A stretch of DNA of 64,000 nucleotides, taken from NCBI GenBank assembly GCA_000165345.1, contig CM000429.1:96001-160000 (forward strand). Direction: 5' to 3'. The position numbers and the translations under genes are program-made. Position 1 is the first letter of the stretch; every line of letters starts with the position of its first letter. This document shows, one piece after another, positions 52,109-63,885 of this stretch. The notes below the pieces were generated by a model that saw only the letters and a list, made by a program, of their open reading frames with translations, had not been told where the DNA came from and ran no database searches.

Positions 52109-55100
52109 CTAGTTTTTTCTTCTCATTCTTCTTTGTTGTTTATTTGATGGGCTTGGACTCGAACCTTTCTTATCCGAGAGGACTATTTCGCTTTCATTTC
52201 TGCTGCTTTCATCCTCTGAAGATTTTGATTCAGAAAAAATTGTTTCCAAAGCTGAACTACCATAATATTCCCTTTCAAACTTTACTGCACTGTCAAACCA
52301 TTCTTTAATTTCAAAGTAAGCCTTCTTTAAAGATCTTCTCAAATCCTTATTTTTCTCTCTAAATATTAACTTCTTCAATAATTTCATCAACTTTGTTCTT
52401 TTTGTGAAAATACTTGACTCTATGTATTCATCAGAGTAAATTAATTTGCTTAGTTCTGGATACCTCAAGCTATCTAATAAACTCATCATCTCTAAATCAA
52501 ATCTGTAACTGCCCAAGTCATACTCAAAACCTGAAATTAATCTATTATAGAAATCAAGCTTCATATCATAATAATCCAGCTTTTTAAAACCATAAATTCC
52601 GATTGGTTGCTCATCTTCACCTAGTTTAAACTTTGGTAAGTAAGTATATCCAAATCTTGACAAGATACCTCTTTCCTCTAACTCTTTAAGTTTCAAAGAA
52701 GAACTTGGTTTAACTCCACGGAAGTGTGGATAGAAATACAACTTATCAAGTACCTCTCTAACATACATCAACTTTGTCTTTTCCTCGTGAATCTTGAGTA
52801 AAATTCTCATCTTAAGCTCATCATTCTCATTTTCATCAATAATCTCATCCTCTGGCAATGCTACTCTATTTAGTACAACAGATAAGGATTTGCGGTGTCT
52901 TGAGATTTCTCTAATCAAAAAGGACTCCAACTTTAACAACTCTAACATTCTCTCCTTTCTATCAGCTACTGCAATGTATAAATCTCTAACATAGTCCTCA
53001 ATAATTGTCAAAGCTTCCTCAAATACTAACTTTACTTTGCCCTTAAAGTCTGTAGAATACTTGGAAGCCTTCTTTGACTTATCTGAGTCCTTGTCGCTCT
53101 TCTTCTTACCACCCTTAATTTCTTCTTCATCATCTCCCTCATCAGAATCCACAAAATCGCCATTCTTTGGCTCCTCTATATAATACCTTGTTGAAGCATG
53201 GTTGGTATCAATCAACTTCTTAAAGTCGGAAGCTTTCCTATCTCCACTAAAAATACCAAATGTCTCACTATCCAAAGTCTTAGATATCTCTGGATTCTTT
53301 TCAAAGTCATCGAGTTCAATTCGGGTAATATCAACATTACCAACTGCATGTGCATTTTGTAAAAGATAATCATTCAATTTCTCTAACTTGTCCAATTCAT
53401 CCAATATCTGAACTCCTATTCTCTGTCTCTTATCTAAAGACTCTAAAACCTTGGAGGTAACCTCATCTTCCAAAGAGCTAATCTCAACGTTAATCAAGCT
53501 TGAATCTCTTATCAAATCATCACAAGCATCCTCTAATTCTCTAAAGTTATCATGGCATTCCTTTCCAATCCTTTGCAACTCTTGAACATTATTTTCATGC
53601 TCATTCTCAACCACATTTTTCAATTCATCTCTATTCTCAAAGAAAGAACCAAACTTCTTATTATCTGGCTCACTTACATACTTTGAAATGTCAATTCCTG
53701 TATCTGATCCTTTTAAAGCACTTGAAACTATATTCACATTCTCCAAAAGTGCTTTTGTTCTAAGAACTGACTTAGACTTATTCAATTCATCCAATAACTT
53801 CTTCTGGGATCTAATATATTCATTTCTTTTTTCTTCATACCTTTTCAATAATTGTGCACTGCGCGCCAAGTGAGCCGTGATTTTTCCCGCCACCTCCTTT
53901 TTCTCCAAATCATCCGAAGTTTCAATATGGTCTCTATATTGAGCAAGAGTGCCTTCGAATTTATCAAAGTTTGAAACCTTGTCATCAATTGCAGAGATGA
54001 ATCTATATGGAGATGGAGCTTGAGAGTCACTAAGTTTCCATCCTGTTGTTAAGAAGTTTTCTAATAGATTTTTGTGTGGATAACTTAACTTTCCAAGGTA
54101 TCCATTTAGGTAGAAACTGTCTTTATCAGAATAATCGATATTGAATGATAAATCAGTAGCTAAATGATGAATTTTAGCAACACCATCAAAGTTTTCAACT
54201 AATTTAAATCCTGTTGCAGAAACTGGGAGTATTTTTTCATTATTTTTCTCTTTTAAGTAGATAGTTTTGGGAATAAAGAAAAGAGAATTTCCAAATTTGT
54301 TGAATAAAAATTCCCTATAAACTTCAGTATTTGTTCCAACATCTCCTCCTTGTTCTCCAAGACGTTGTTTGAAGTACTTTTCTTCTTCTTTTACATCAGC
54401 ATCTGTATATAGGTTTTCAAATATAAGTGTATGTAATGATAGCATTTGTCCAACAGTCATATTATTAATATCTACCAATGTATAATCATCGATTCTGTCA
54501 ATTACTCTCTTTTGGGAAGAAGTGGAGTATTCTGATCTCTCGAAAAGTAACTGAGAGGGAGACTTAATGTTGTTATATTTGTTAACTCTGGTTAACTTAT
54601 GGAAAGTAGTTGATGATGAATCTTGGTTATTTTCTGACTCTTTTTCGTCAATATTTAAGCTTCCAGTTCCAATAGAATTATATCTATTACCATGATCACT
54701 TCCAGTAATTAATTCATCAAACTGTTCTCCAATATCACTACCATCAGATCTGGTGTTATATCTATCGCCTTTATAGATTAACCTACCATGATTGTCATAT
54801 ACATCTTCTCCTTTAACAATCTTTTCATATGCATTAGTCATGTTAATAATAGAAGACTTCGAAATAGTATCAGTCCAAGCTCTACCTTCAATTGGATCAT
54901 AAGGAGATGGTAAAGAATTATCGAAAGGATCAAAGTTATCAAGAATCAGATTATCGTTGAATAATCCATCATTGACAAAGTTTGTAGCATTTGCAAATCT
55001 GTCAATTGGAGTACCAGACTTATATTTCTCATATTCATCCTTAAGAGCATCTCTGAGGAAATAAGAAATCTCAATACTTTTGGAAATTGGGTCACTGCTA

Positions 55101-55927
55101 GCTTCTCCTGAGACAAAACCAAGCTTGTAAGCTTCTCTTTCTCTAAGTTTAATAGAGTATAAGAGGAATTCCTTTTCAGTCATAACTGGACCAAGTGGAT
55201 TCTTTTCAAGATATTTACGACGATACTCATTATATACCTTTCTAAGTTTGTCATTACTTTTTCCAAGCATTTCCCAAGCTTTGAGATAGGCAGCATCAAT
55301 TTCTTCTTTAGAAGCATTAATTGGAACACGTGGCATGTGTTTGAGAGCTTCTTCAGGATCAAAGTCAAATTTGTCCATATCATCAAATAATAAGTACTTT
55401 GGTAAGACTCCATCAGCTTTTTTAGTGGTTTCAACGCCAAATAGAGACTTCATTTCTGTATCAGTAGCATTGAGTTCTTTCTTGACGTAATCCATAAAGT
55501 GTTTCTTCATCTTTTTCACCTCACCTAGAGTTGGTACTTGTCCTGTAACATTAAATACATGTTCTCTGAAAGATTCTCTCATCATTCTTATGCGAGCTTC
55601 AGGAGGAAGTGGAGCTAAAGAATCCTTAGTTAAAGTACGTTCTGGTTCGTAAGCATATGGATATTCTTTATACTTAGAACCAAAAGCTCTATCCTTAGCA
55701 TCTCCCTTTTCATAATCTCTCAATCCCGGAATAGTTCTTCCATAATAACCTCCTCCAATTGCACCAATCTTAACAACTTTCTCGCTATCTGCTGGACCTT
55801 CCTTTCCCCAACGATTAGTTGCAATATGTTCCAATGGAACAGTCTCCATTGGAAAATAATAGTCGTAACTCATTGCCAGCTCAAAAAGCATTGGCAAGAT
55901 TACTGCCAACTTACGTTTTGATAACAT
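52109..55927 (-). CDS. large secreted protein (1272 aa), function unknown
   Basis: ATG at 55925-55927. N-terminal hydrophobic signal LAVILPMLFELAMS. Continuous ORF with moderate complexity. An E2F-like box (cccgccaatatgtggcgg) lies upstream near 56430-56460. Confidence 0.55.
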   Translation of the reverse strand: MLSKRKLAVILPMLFELAMSYDYYFPMETVPLEHIATNRWGKEGPADSEKVVKIGAIGGGYYGRTIPGLRDYEKGDAKDRAFGSKYKEYPYAYEPERTLTKDSLAPLPPEARIRMMRESFREHVFNVTGQVPTLGEVKKMKKHFMDYVKKELNATDTEMKSLFGVETTKKADGVLPKYLLFDDMDKFDFDPEEALKHMPRVPINASKEEIDAAYLKAWEMLGKSNDKLRKVYNEYRRKYLEKNPLGPVMTEKEFLLYSIKLREREAYKLGFVSGEASSDPISKSIEISYFLRDALKDEYEKYKSGTPIDRFANATNFVNDGLFNDNLILDNFDPFDNSLPSPYDPIEGRAWTDTISKSSIINMTNAYEKIVKGEDVYDNHGRLIYKGDRYNTRSDGSDIGEQFDELITGSDHGNRYNSIGTGSLNIDEKESENNQDSSSTTFHKLTRVNKYNNIKSPSQLLFERSEYSTSSQKRVIDRIDDYTLVDINNMTVGQMLSLHTLIFENLYTDADVKEEEKYFKQRLGEQGGDVGTNTEVYREFLFNKFGNSLFFIPKTIYLKEKNNEKILPVSATGFKLVENFDGVAKIHHLATDLSFNIDYSDKDSFYLNGYLGKLSYPHKNLLENFLTTGWKLSDSQAPSPYRFISAIDDKVSNFDKFEGTLAQYRDHIETSDDLEKKEVAGKITAHLARSAQLLKRYEEKRNEYIRSQKKLLDELNKSKSVLRTKALLENVNIVSSALKGSDTGIDISKYVSEPDNKKFGSFFENRDELKNVVENEHENNVQELQRIGKECHDNFRELEDACDDLIRDSSLINVEISSLEDEVTSKVLESLDKRQRIGVQILDELDKLEKLNDYLLQNAHAVGNVDITRIELDDFEKNPEISKTLDSETFGIFSGDRKASDFKKLIDTNHASTRYYIEEPKNGDFVDSDEGDDEEEIKGGKKKSDKDSDKSKKASKYSTDFKGKVKLVFEEALTIIEDYVRDLYIAVADRKERMLELLKLESFLIREISRHRKSLSVVLNRVALPEDEIIDENENDELKMRILLKIHEEKTKLMYVREVLDKLYFYPHFRGVKPSSSLKLKELEERGILSRFGYTYLPKFKLGEDEQPIGIYGFKKLDYYDMKLDFYNRLISGFEYDLGSYRFDLEMMSLLDSLRYPELSKLIYSDEYIESSIFTKRTKLMKLLKKLIFREKNKDLRRSLKKAYFEIKEWFDSAVKFEREYYGSSALETIFSESKSSEDESSRNESEIVLSDKKGSSPSPSNKQQRRMRRKN

Positions 55928-56852
55928 TTCTGTTTTCTATAAAGTTGGATGTAATTCTAAAAAAATGAATAAACCTGTTTGCTTATATTTCAAAAAAAAA
56001 AATTAACAAATCTAATAAATGCATGAATTTGAAATACAAAAATCAGCGAATTTACTTGCAAGCCTCTCAATTATAGTCAAATCCATTTAGATACCTCTAG
56101 ATACTCTCCTTTATATCCTTTTACCACTATCAATAGACTTGTTATGAATGTAAATATCCATTGATTTTAATTATCATGACGTATATTTTTACCGCCAATA
56201 AGTCTCAGTGACATATTAAAAGTGTATTGTCAAAATAATAGTGAATTTAGCCATTAAGTGTAAAATTGTGCCTTTAATTTAATAAGTGAAATAATAGAAA
56301 CTAATATAATAAATTGCTTTTAAAATTTGGTTTTAACCATGATATTCATTCTTACTTTCTTTTTCTCTCTTTATTTGAAAACTTTCCTTTCACTTGACAA
56401 TTTTTGATATTAATTGATTTGGTACCGTGTTTCCCGCCAATATGTGGCGGTTTCTGCATGGCCAATGGATGGCTTTGCGATTTTGAATATTTTGGGCGGG
56501 GCATTGGAGTTAACAAAGTAAAATAAAAAAGGTAAAAAAACTGGGAGGTAAAAAGTTTGCATGTGCATGCGTACATTGGAATTGGAACAATAGTTATTAA
56601 ACATAAGATAGTAAAGAGGGTGGCTGTAGTTTAATACAAAATTACTTTTTATATAAATGCATGAATAGAAATAAGTAATAGAAAAGAGAGTCGAATAAAA
56701 CTTTATAAATGATTAACATAATTCAAAAATACATTAGTTATCGTTAAAATATATTTAAATTTGTAAGCTTGGGCTTGATAATAAGGCCCATTAATTATAA
56801 TAGTTTATAATAAGAATTACCATAAAATATACATTTATCATAAAAGGAAATC

Positions 56853-56933
56853 TGACAGGGACGGGATTCGAACCCGCGCAGTTACCTATAGGTGCCTAAA
56901 ACCTACCCCTTAGACCAACTCGGGCACCCTGCC
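56853..56933 (-). tRNA. tRNA-Leu(UAG): tRNA-Leu (anticodon UAG), class II with a long variable arm, 81 nt, no intron
   Basis: Reverse complement GGCAGGG TG CCCG AGTTGGTCTA AGGG G TAGGT TTTAGGC ACCTA TAGGTAACTGC GCGGG TTCGAAT CCCGT CCCTGTC A. 7-bp acceptor stem with one G-U pair, GTCTAAG D-loop typical of Leu, anticodon loop TT-TAG-GC, T-loop GGTTCGAATCC. Confidence 0.8.
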
Positions 56934-57237
56934 TAATAATTGTCGTGTTGAATAAGGTCAGAGATGAGATAAGATAGAAATTTAATTGTTTTTGTTGAGA
57001 AGATTTTGTGATGGTTAATTTTGAAATTTTAGATTTTAGGATGATATTATTCTCGAGTATTAATATAGTTTTTTTTAACAGTAAGTAGAGATGATAGTAA
57101 ATTTTATCTTTTAATTAGACAATTTGAATGGTACCATAATTTCTGAAAAGATTTTAGGATAATAGATAATGTAAGTTAGTCCCTTCGCCAGAACGCACCA
57201 CAACCCCTCCAGATAAGCAATAAATAATAGTATTATA

Positions 57238-60200
57238 TTACTCATTCTCCAAGATTTGAGATATAGAGATAGAGAGATCTGGTGTTAAGAATCTCCAATA
57301 ATTTGTTTTATAATCAAACAAGAAAAGATAGAGTGAATTACTGAGGGAAAGTCCATAAAGTTCATTTGCTGCAACTACTGCTAAGCAGTCAAAATCTTTA
57401 TGATTAATTTTCTTAGTCATAGATTTATCGAAGAACTTTTCCAATATTGAGGGGATCCTTTTGCAGAGATTTTCAGCCTTAGTTTCAATAGATCCTGGAT
57501 CATTTGATTTGGCAATTAAATCTTGACTAGTTTCAATAATGAAAGGTCTCTCCAATTGTTCTGGAATCATTCCATCTTTAATAACATCCTGAGTGAAGTG
57601 CTGTTTTAACCAAAAATTGGTAGTATTTAACTTTTTATCTTTTTTATAATGTTCTTGAGTTATTTCAGTGGGAAACAATTTAATTAGATAGCGCTTCAAG
57701 TTTGTAGTAATATCTTTAGTAGTCAAACCAATAGATTTTAAAGCTGTGAAACTACCTCCTCCCAACATTGCAGCTATTTTTTTAATAGCTTTCTCCATAT
57801 CTATATTATCAAATTCGGTTGTTCCTTGATGAAAATGTATAGAAGATTTAACTATTTCATTGATTTCATCAAAAGAGTTCTCAATTACTGCCTTATCAGC
57901 AAATTTGTATCTTAAAGCTGCATAACTTTGAATGAAATAAACAATTATCTTTGACAGATTTTTGTATTCTTCTTCAACATTTAAGTATTGATCTTGATTT
58001 CCTTTTATTTGATCACTTGAAGCTAAATCTTCTTTGGATGATTTTTTATCAAATCCAAAGAACTTTTTTGTGTTCGCAAATAATGTTGATAACTTATTTT
58101 CAAATATCTTTGAAAATTTCTTTTTGATTGGCTTTTCTTTATCTGAGAAACGTGTATCACCCTCTTCTGAGTGCTCTTTAGTTTCCTCTTCTGAAGGATC
58201 ATCATCTTCTTTTGGCAAATATTTACTTGAATTAGAAGGTTCAGTTTTTGAAGTCTCTCCTGTTGGTTCATAATGGAATTTATTCTCTTCTCGATAACTC
58301 GGTACAGAATAATTTTCTAAATCTTCATTTTCTGGAAGAGATGTTGTCTCATATTGAGATCCTAATCCATTATCAATTTTTTTAACACTTTTCTCACTAA
58401 TATCTTGAGAAATTTGATCATTTTTATTAATAATATCTTCATTCTCTTTTAGCTTAAAAGAATCCTCACTATTGAACGATTCATCTGCAAGTGGAATATC
58501 TTCAAATAAATTTACCATCACTGTAGTTTCCGGAGAAACATCTGCGCTTGGTTCTTTTTTTGGAGTTTGTTCAGATAAATCCATTTTTTCTTTTTCCTTA
58601 ACTTCTTCCTTTAAACTTGTTGAAGTTTCACTTTTTTCTGGTTCAACTTCATTATTCTTCTCTAAATTATTTAACTTTTCTTCTAACTTACTTTGTTCAG
58701 GAGAAGGAAGAGAAGGCTCTCCTCCAAGCTTCTTAGGCTCATTTAAATCCTCAAAAGACTTTTCAAATAGAGTATCTATTCCAAATCTTTCAGAAAATTC
58801 GCTATTTTCTTGCTCATCTTTAATAGGAGATCCAAAGTTAAGCAAGTTAAATGGAGAATCACTGCTTTTCTCAACATCATCCAAAGTAGATTCTGATGAA
58901 GAAATATCATTTTCCGAAGATTTGGCTTTGGATTCTTCGCTAGCATGAACTTCAGGTTCCTTTTTAAACGATTCCAATAATTCTTTTGCTTTGTTTAAAA
59001 TTCCGGATCGTTTTTCTTTTCCTTTATTATTTTTTTTCTTTTTACTCTTTCTTTTCTTATTTTTCCCCTTCTTTTTACCTATAATTGATTTCTCATCCAA
59101 TTCTGATTTTTTAGAAGAATCTCCTGCTTTTGAGTCTTCAGTTTCGCTTCCAATATTATACATTTCCGAAATTTCTTTGCTACTCTTACTGAGTTCCCCA
59201 TTACTTTGACTTTTTTCTCCCTTGAATATTCCCATTTCCTTTGCTCTTTCACGATTTCTAATGAGCTCATCTTCAAAAATAGGTTCAATTTCACTTTTTT
59301 CTGGACTAATTGTTCTCTTTTTTGATAAATGAATTAACTTGTTTGCTGTATCGTTAAGATTGCCGTCCCAATGTTGTCTCATGGCTTCTCTTATTTCCAC
59401 ATCAAATAAATCCTTTTTCAACAAGTAACCATTAGCAATGGTTTGCCCATTGAAGATTTCTCTTTCTATTTGATTAAATATCGTCCAAATATCATAAACT
59501 ATATGAATTTTTTCATCTTCAGTTGTAGAATCTGAGAACTGGCTTCCAAATCCGCTTCCCATAAATATATCCAAAATAACTTCTGGTAAACCTTCTGAAA
59601 TAGAAATTTCAGTTTTGAAAAACTCAATGACTGAAGGGTTATTACAATATTCTTCTAATATTGAAAATTTAATCCCAAGTCTCGCCAAATAATCATTTAC
59701 AAATATATTAAACCATTTGATTCTTAATTTAACAAACGTTTCAAGCTGAGAATTTGGATCTATTTCTATTGCTTGACTTTTCTCGCCTTTAATACTTTTC
59801 GATAAAATTTCTCCACTTTGGCTATTATCAATAGCTACCACACTATTCTCATACTGTTTTTTATTTGTCTTAGATACTGATCTTGAAATACTAGATTCTT
59901 CAAAAGTATCAGGAACTTCTAATGATGAGGAATTTATCGAAGAATTTGATAAATCATTTGAAGTAAATTCTTGCGACTTAGTATATTCTTTATCGTTATT
60001 CTTACTCATAATAGAATTATCTCCTTTTGAATCTCGTTGGAAATTTATAGATTCTCTATAATATTTCATCGTATCCAAAGCATTTTCAACTCCAAGCCCA
60101 TTCAAATAAGAGTAATATTTAGAGTCCAACTCAGAATCCATATTCTGCAAATAGTATCTTTCTAAACCATTAAAGAAAGCATTTAAAGACTCTAAGACTA

Positions 60201-61059
60201 ACATTTTTCTCATTTCCTCACTCATATTTGTAGTTGTAATTGATGTGAGAATACCACTAGCCAAGAAAACCCTCCAAATTGAGTTTGGAAGTACTTCAAT
60301 ATTTAATTCCTTTTCCCTTGATGGCCAGTTGGAATTGAAAAAATCAAAGTTTTCTGGACTATACATTGCCTCTTCATTAATATTTAATGGGAGTCCTTTT
60401 CTTGCCAAGTAATCCATGCTGAATTCCTTGAACATGAACATTCTCATCTTAATACCATCATTATTTTTAGATATATCCAAATCATCTAATAGTGATGAAT
60501 CCTCAAAATCTGATATTTCTTCATCATTTTTATTTATTAATTCTGTGTGCGCATGTGGATGACTATTCCCATGCAAAGGAAATACATACTCCGGTATAAT
60601 GGTTGGCTCATTAACCACATGCATGCCAATATTGTCAGTTTTCTGGCTGGCTTTGGCGCCATCGCTCGTTATTAAAAGGTCATTAAGCGCAGAAATAATT
60701 TGTTCATCTTTTTCTGCAACATCTTTTGCTTCATTAACAAGTTGGGAGAATTCTTCATAGTCTTTGGGAATTAAAATATTGTTGTCCCATATATCATTTT
60801 CTATTTCGAATAAATTTCTTGGGCTGTCACAGAACTCTGAATCCGATGGGATTATTAGCGGAATGAGCCTATGACCTTTATGGACCATTAGGATTCCCCT
60901 TCCAGGGATTTCCAAACCATCAAAAGGAGGATCAAAGCAAGAAATTAAATTTGAACCTTCCTCATAATTTCTACCTATTTCTTCTGAATAGCATATTTGG
61001 AACGTTGAATACAATAAAATTAAGCTAAATATTAAATTGAAACCTGATTTTTCAAACAT
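57238..61059 (-). CDS. large secreted acidic/Ser-rich protein (1273 aa), function unknown
   Basis: ATG at 61057-61059. Signal peptide MFEKSGFNLIFSLILLYSTFQICYSEE. Long E/S/K-rich central region with a KKKGKNKKRKSKKKKNNKGKEKR basic patch. Confidence 0.55.
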   Translation of the reverse strand: MFEKSGFNLIFSLILLYSTFQICYSEEIGRNYEEGSNLISCFDPPFDGLEIPGRGILMVHKGHRLIPLIIPSDSEFCDSPRNLFEIENDIWDNNILIPKDYEEFSQLVNEAKDVAEKDEQIISALNDLLITSDGAKASQKTDNIGMHVVNEPTIIPEYVFPLHGNSHPHAHTELINKNDEEISDFEDSSLLDDLDISKNNDGIKMRMFMFKEFSMDYLARKGLPLNINEEAMYSPENFDFFNSNWPSREKELNIEVLPNSIWRVFLASGILTSITTTNMSEEMRKMLVLESLNAFFNGLERYYLQNMDSELDSKYYSYLNGLGVENALDTMKYYRESINFQRDSKGDNSIMSKNNDKEYTKSQEFTSNDLSNSSINSSSLEVPDTFEESSISRSVSKTNKKQYENSVVAIDNSQSGEILSKSIKGEKSQAIEIDPNSQLETFVKLRIKWFNIFVNDYLARLGIKFSILEEYCNNPSVIEFFKTEISISEGLPEVILDIFMGSGFGSQFSDSTTEDEKIHIVYDIWTIFNQIEREIFNGQTIANGYLLKKDLFDVEIREAMRQHWDGNLNDTANKLIHLSKKRTISPEKSEIEPIFEDELIRNRERAKEMGIFKGEKSQSNGELSKSSKEISEMYNIGSETEDSKAGDSSKKSELDEKSIIGKKKGKNKKRKSKKKKNNKGKEKRSGILNKAKELLESFKKEPEVHASEESKAKSSENDISSSESTLDDVEKSSDSPFNLLNFGSPIKDEQENSEFSERFGIDTLFEKSFEDLNEPKKLGGEPSLPSPEQSKLEEKLNNLEKNNEVEPEKSETSTSLKEEVKEKEKMDLSEQTPKKEPSADVSPETTVMVNLFEDIPLADESFNSEDSFKLKENEDIINKNDQISQDISEKSVKKIDNGLGSQYETTSLPENEDLENYSVPSYREENKFHYEPTGETSKTEPSNSSKYLPKEDDDPSEEETKEHSEEGDTRFSDKEKPIKKKFSKIFENKLSTLFANTKKFFGFDKKSSKEDLASSDQIKGNQDQYLNVEEEYKNLSKIIVYFIQSYAALRYKFADKAVIENSFDEINEIVKSSIHFHQGTTEFDNIDMEKAIKKIAAMLGGGSFTALKSIGLTTKDITTNLKRYLIKLFPTEITQEHYKKDKKLNTTNFWLKQHFTQDVIKDGMIPEQLERPFIIETSQDLIAKSNDPGSIETKAENLCKRIPSILEKFFDKSMTKKINHKDFDCLAVVAANELYGLSLSNSLYLFLFDYKTNYWRFLTPDLSISISQILENE

Positions 61060-61603
61060 TGTTTTTCATTTCTTATAAATTCTTTTTAAATTAAAAGATA
61101 TTCTCAGAGTTTTCATATATATGGAAAGCTTTACTTGACAAAGAGAGTTTACGTTTGACCGATTCTTCCTGTTTGTTTTTTATTTTTTGGATTTCTGAGA
61201 TATTAATGTCAAAATAACTATACCGCCCTCCCTTGTGTGTTAGACATGCACACAAATAATTAAAAAAAAAAAAAATAAAGTAAATCACAGCTGACACCAA
61301 AATGTTTGTTCTTCTTTAAACTTAAACGTCGCATTCTAGCTTAATTTAAGATCACAATCTTTGCTGTAATGTACTTGAGTAGTCGGTAGGCTCAAATAAC
61401 CTTGGAGTGATTACTAAAGACAATTTACACACACACGAAAACTATAATTTAAGAATCTTAAACGAAAAAAAAAATCATCTAGAAAGATAACATAGATTTT
61501 ATCTGCCCAAAGTTTTATATTATTTTTAGAAAAGGATAAATTATGTTTTGATGTATTTTAATCGAAATTTTATATGAATGCCAACAATCCAATTCTTTGA
61601 CGC

Positions 61604-62620
61604 TTAGAAAATGAGCGTTGATAACAAAACAAAAATGACTGGTATGTAAAGACTGGTCGAGACCTTAAAAGCAAAAGATGAATCATTTTTTCCAGAATCA
61701 TTTCCTGCATCTTTCATAATAGTTTCGTTGTGTGGGACAATATCATCAATTTCTTTGGTTTTATCATCTTCTGTTTCCTTGACAGAACTTTTTGTCTTAT
61801 TTTCAATATTTTTCGTATCAGGTTCAGTTTCTTTGGAATTCATTATTTCAATGGGCTCTGAAGTTGTAGTTGTACTGCTACTTGAAGTTGGTTTTGTGAG
61901 TAAATCAATGAACTTTTGACAAATTGAAGAATCTGGCTGGACATCGCATGGGCAACCGGGGTTCTTGTTATTTTTGTAACAACTACAGATGAGAGCATCC
62001 TCATCAGTGATTTGTTGATCTGCTGAGCATGGACAACCTTCCGATTCGGGATCTGTCACACATTTGTCCTGAATTGAACTTTCCTCAATAGAAATTGGAG
62101 TTAATCTTCTACAAGACTTTAATGTTACACAATGCTCGGAAAGCTCAGAATCTCCACTACATAAGCCTTCTTCCCCTAATGGATTTAAGAAGGAAGTACA
62201 ATTTGCATATGGGGTTACGTAAGTTAGTGGTGAAACAATGCACATTCTATCATGTTCTTCGTCCAAGCTGCTTAATCCACTTAAACATTTACATTCATCA
62301 GAGTCAGGTTTTGAGCAGAAGCAAGGAGGACTAGAAAATCCACTTTGTTGTGAGTCATAGCATGAACAATCTGATGGCAAGAAGTCGTAAAATGTTGGAC
62401 GAGTTTCTAATAGAGGATCACAAGGACATCCTGGGATTTGGGGAATTAAAGCACATAATAAGATGAAATTTGGTACTTTTGTGACTTCAGTATTACTATC
62501 TGAGTCTGCAATCCCGTTATCATCCTTATTTTGATGGCCCTCTTCAGATTCGAGTATTACATCTTGAGCTGTTGCTCTAAAGATAAGTTCAAAAAGAAAT
62601 AGAATGGCAAGTAATTTCAT
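61604..62620 (-). CDS. Cys-rich secreted/surface protein with a Thr/Ser stalk and a C-terminal hydrophobic (GPI-anchor-like or transmembrane) tail (338 aa)
   Basis: Signal peptide MKLLAILFLFELIFRATA. About 30 Cys in repeated GCPCD / CSCY / CKC contexts. Stalk TKPTSSSSTTTTSEPIE. C-terminal hydrophobic stretch VSTSLYIPVIFVLLSTLIF ending the ORF. Confidence 0.55.
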   Translation of the reverse strand: MKLLAILFLFELIFRATAQDVILESEEGHQNKDDNGIADSDSNTEVTKVPNFILLCALIPQIPGCPCDPLLETRPTFYDFLPSDCSCYDSQQSGFSSPPCFCSKPDSDECKCLSGLSSLDEEHDRMCIVSPLTYVTPYANCTSFLNPLGEEGLCSGDSELSEHCVTLKSCRRLTPISIEESSIQDKCVTDPESEGCPCSADQQITDEDALICSCYKNNKNPGCPCDVQPDSSICQKFIDLLTKPTSSSSTTTTSEPIEIMNSKETEPDTKNIENKTKSSVKETEDDKTKEIDDIVPHNETIMKDAGNDSGKNDSSFAFKVSTSLYIPVIFVLLSTLIF

Positions 62621-63885
62621 AACTTGTTGCGAGAGCTGGATTTAAGAATTGATTCTATATTAATGGCAGAATATTAATATTTAGTGACGAAAAACTTGAT
62701 AAAAGTGTTTTCTTTGGTTTTAGGTTTCAGGATATGTAATGCATTATTTGCATTTCCTTGTATCTCAACTCGGGCGCTTGTAAATTACTCGAATTAGAGT
62801 GTATGAAGTAATTTTGTGGGAAATAATTTTTTTCTTAGCTTCTACTAGGAAAATTTCATCTTTTTTTTTTTAATATAGTTATTCTCCAATAATATATCTG
62901 AAAATGTATTTATCTTATTCATAAGTTATTGGATTTTAAGCCAATATTTCCCTGCCATTTAATTATGTTATTTTCTAAATAATGATCTATATGAGGGGGT
63001 GGGTAATTGCACTGGTGCGCTAATATTAGTAAACATAATAATTATTAAGAAAAAAAACTCTAATAAAACATCAATGATAACCAATAATCTACAGTGTTAA
63101 TTCTCAATTCTTGCTTAATTTTAAAATCTGAAACCTTTAGTTCTTAACCTCAAACTTAAATCTCTACTCTGATTTTATCTAATTGTCAGTGTCCACATGC
63201 AATTGCATGTGCACATGCAAGGAATTTGCAAACACTGCGCTTACGTGTCAGAAAAACTGAATCTTCTGAATTAATTTAGTTGAAATATTACAATTATGAG
63301 CTTTCCAATAAATTTCCTCAGTTTAAGTTATTGAAGGTATTATTATTATTATTATTTCTCAGTTGGAGTTGGTAAAGCCAAGTATTGAAAAAAAGGGGTT
63401 AAAGAATTAAAAAAAAGTATTGGTACAATTAACTACAGTTAAAACCAAATTTAGCTATCTAAATGGTGAGAGCAAAGTATTCAATAATTAGAAGAAAAGT
63501 ACGTAATTAACAATGAAAATAATACAAATAATAAATATTAGAACAATTACGAGTAATATTGAATATTAACAAAATAAAAAGAAATTGGCAGTGATTCAAG
63601 TATAAAATTAATATATTTTCAGAACATTTTTTGGTGATTCAATGAATAAAATGCTTAATTTTTCCTAAACTAGGAAAAAAATTGACTAAGGCGGGAAAAG
63701 TGCATTTCAAATAATTAATTAAAGCAATAATAAGAAATTAAGCTCGATACTCGAGGTGCGCACAAATTTGCAGTATTTGACTCTAATGAGAAAAGTTGAA
63801 GCAAACTAGAATTAAAGATTAAATAAATGCACATTGAACTTACATATTTTTGAGTCAATAGTATTAATTCAAACGTTTGTTTCAA

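Noticed and set aside
56352-56604. Track ORFs 56352..56576 and 56410..56604 (-)
   Set aside because: They are short overlapping ORFs across E2F-like boxes (cccgccaatatgtggcgg, ttgggcggggc) in the promoter of the 52109..55927 gene. Spurious.
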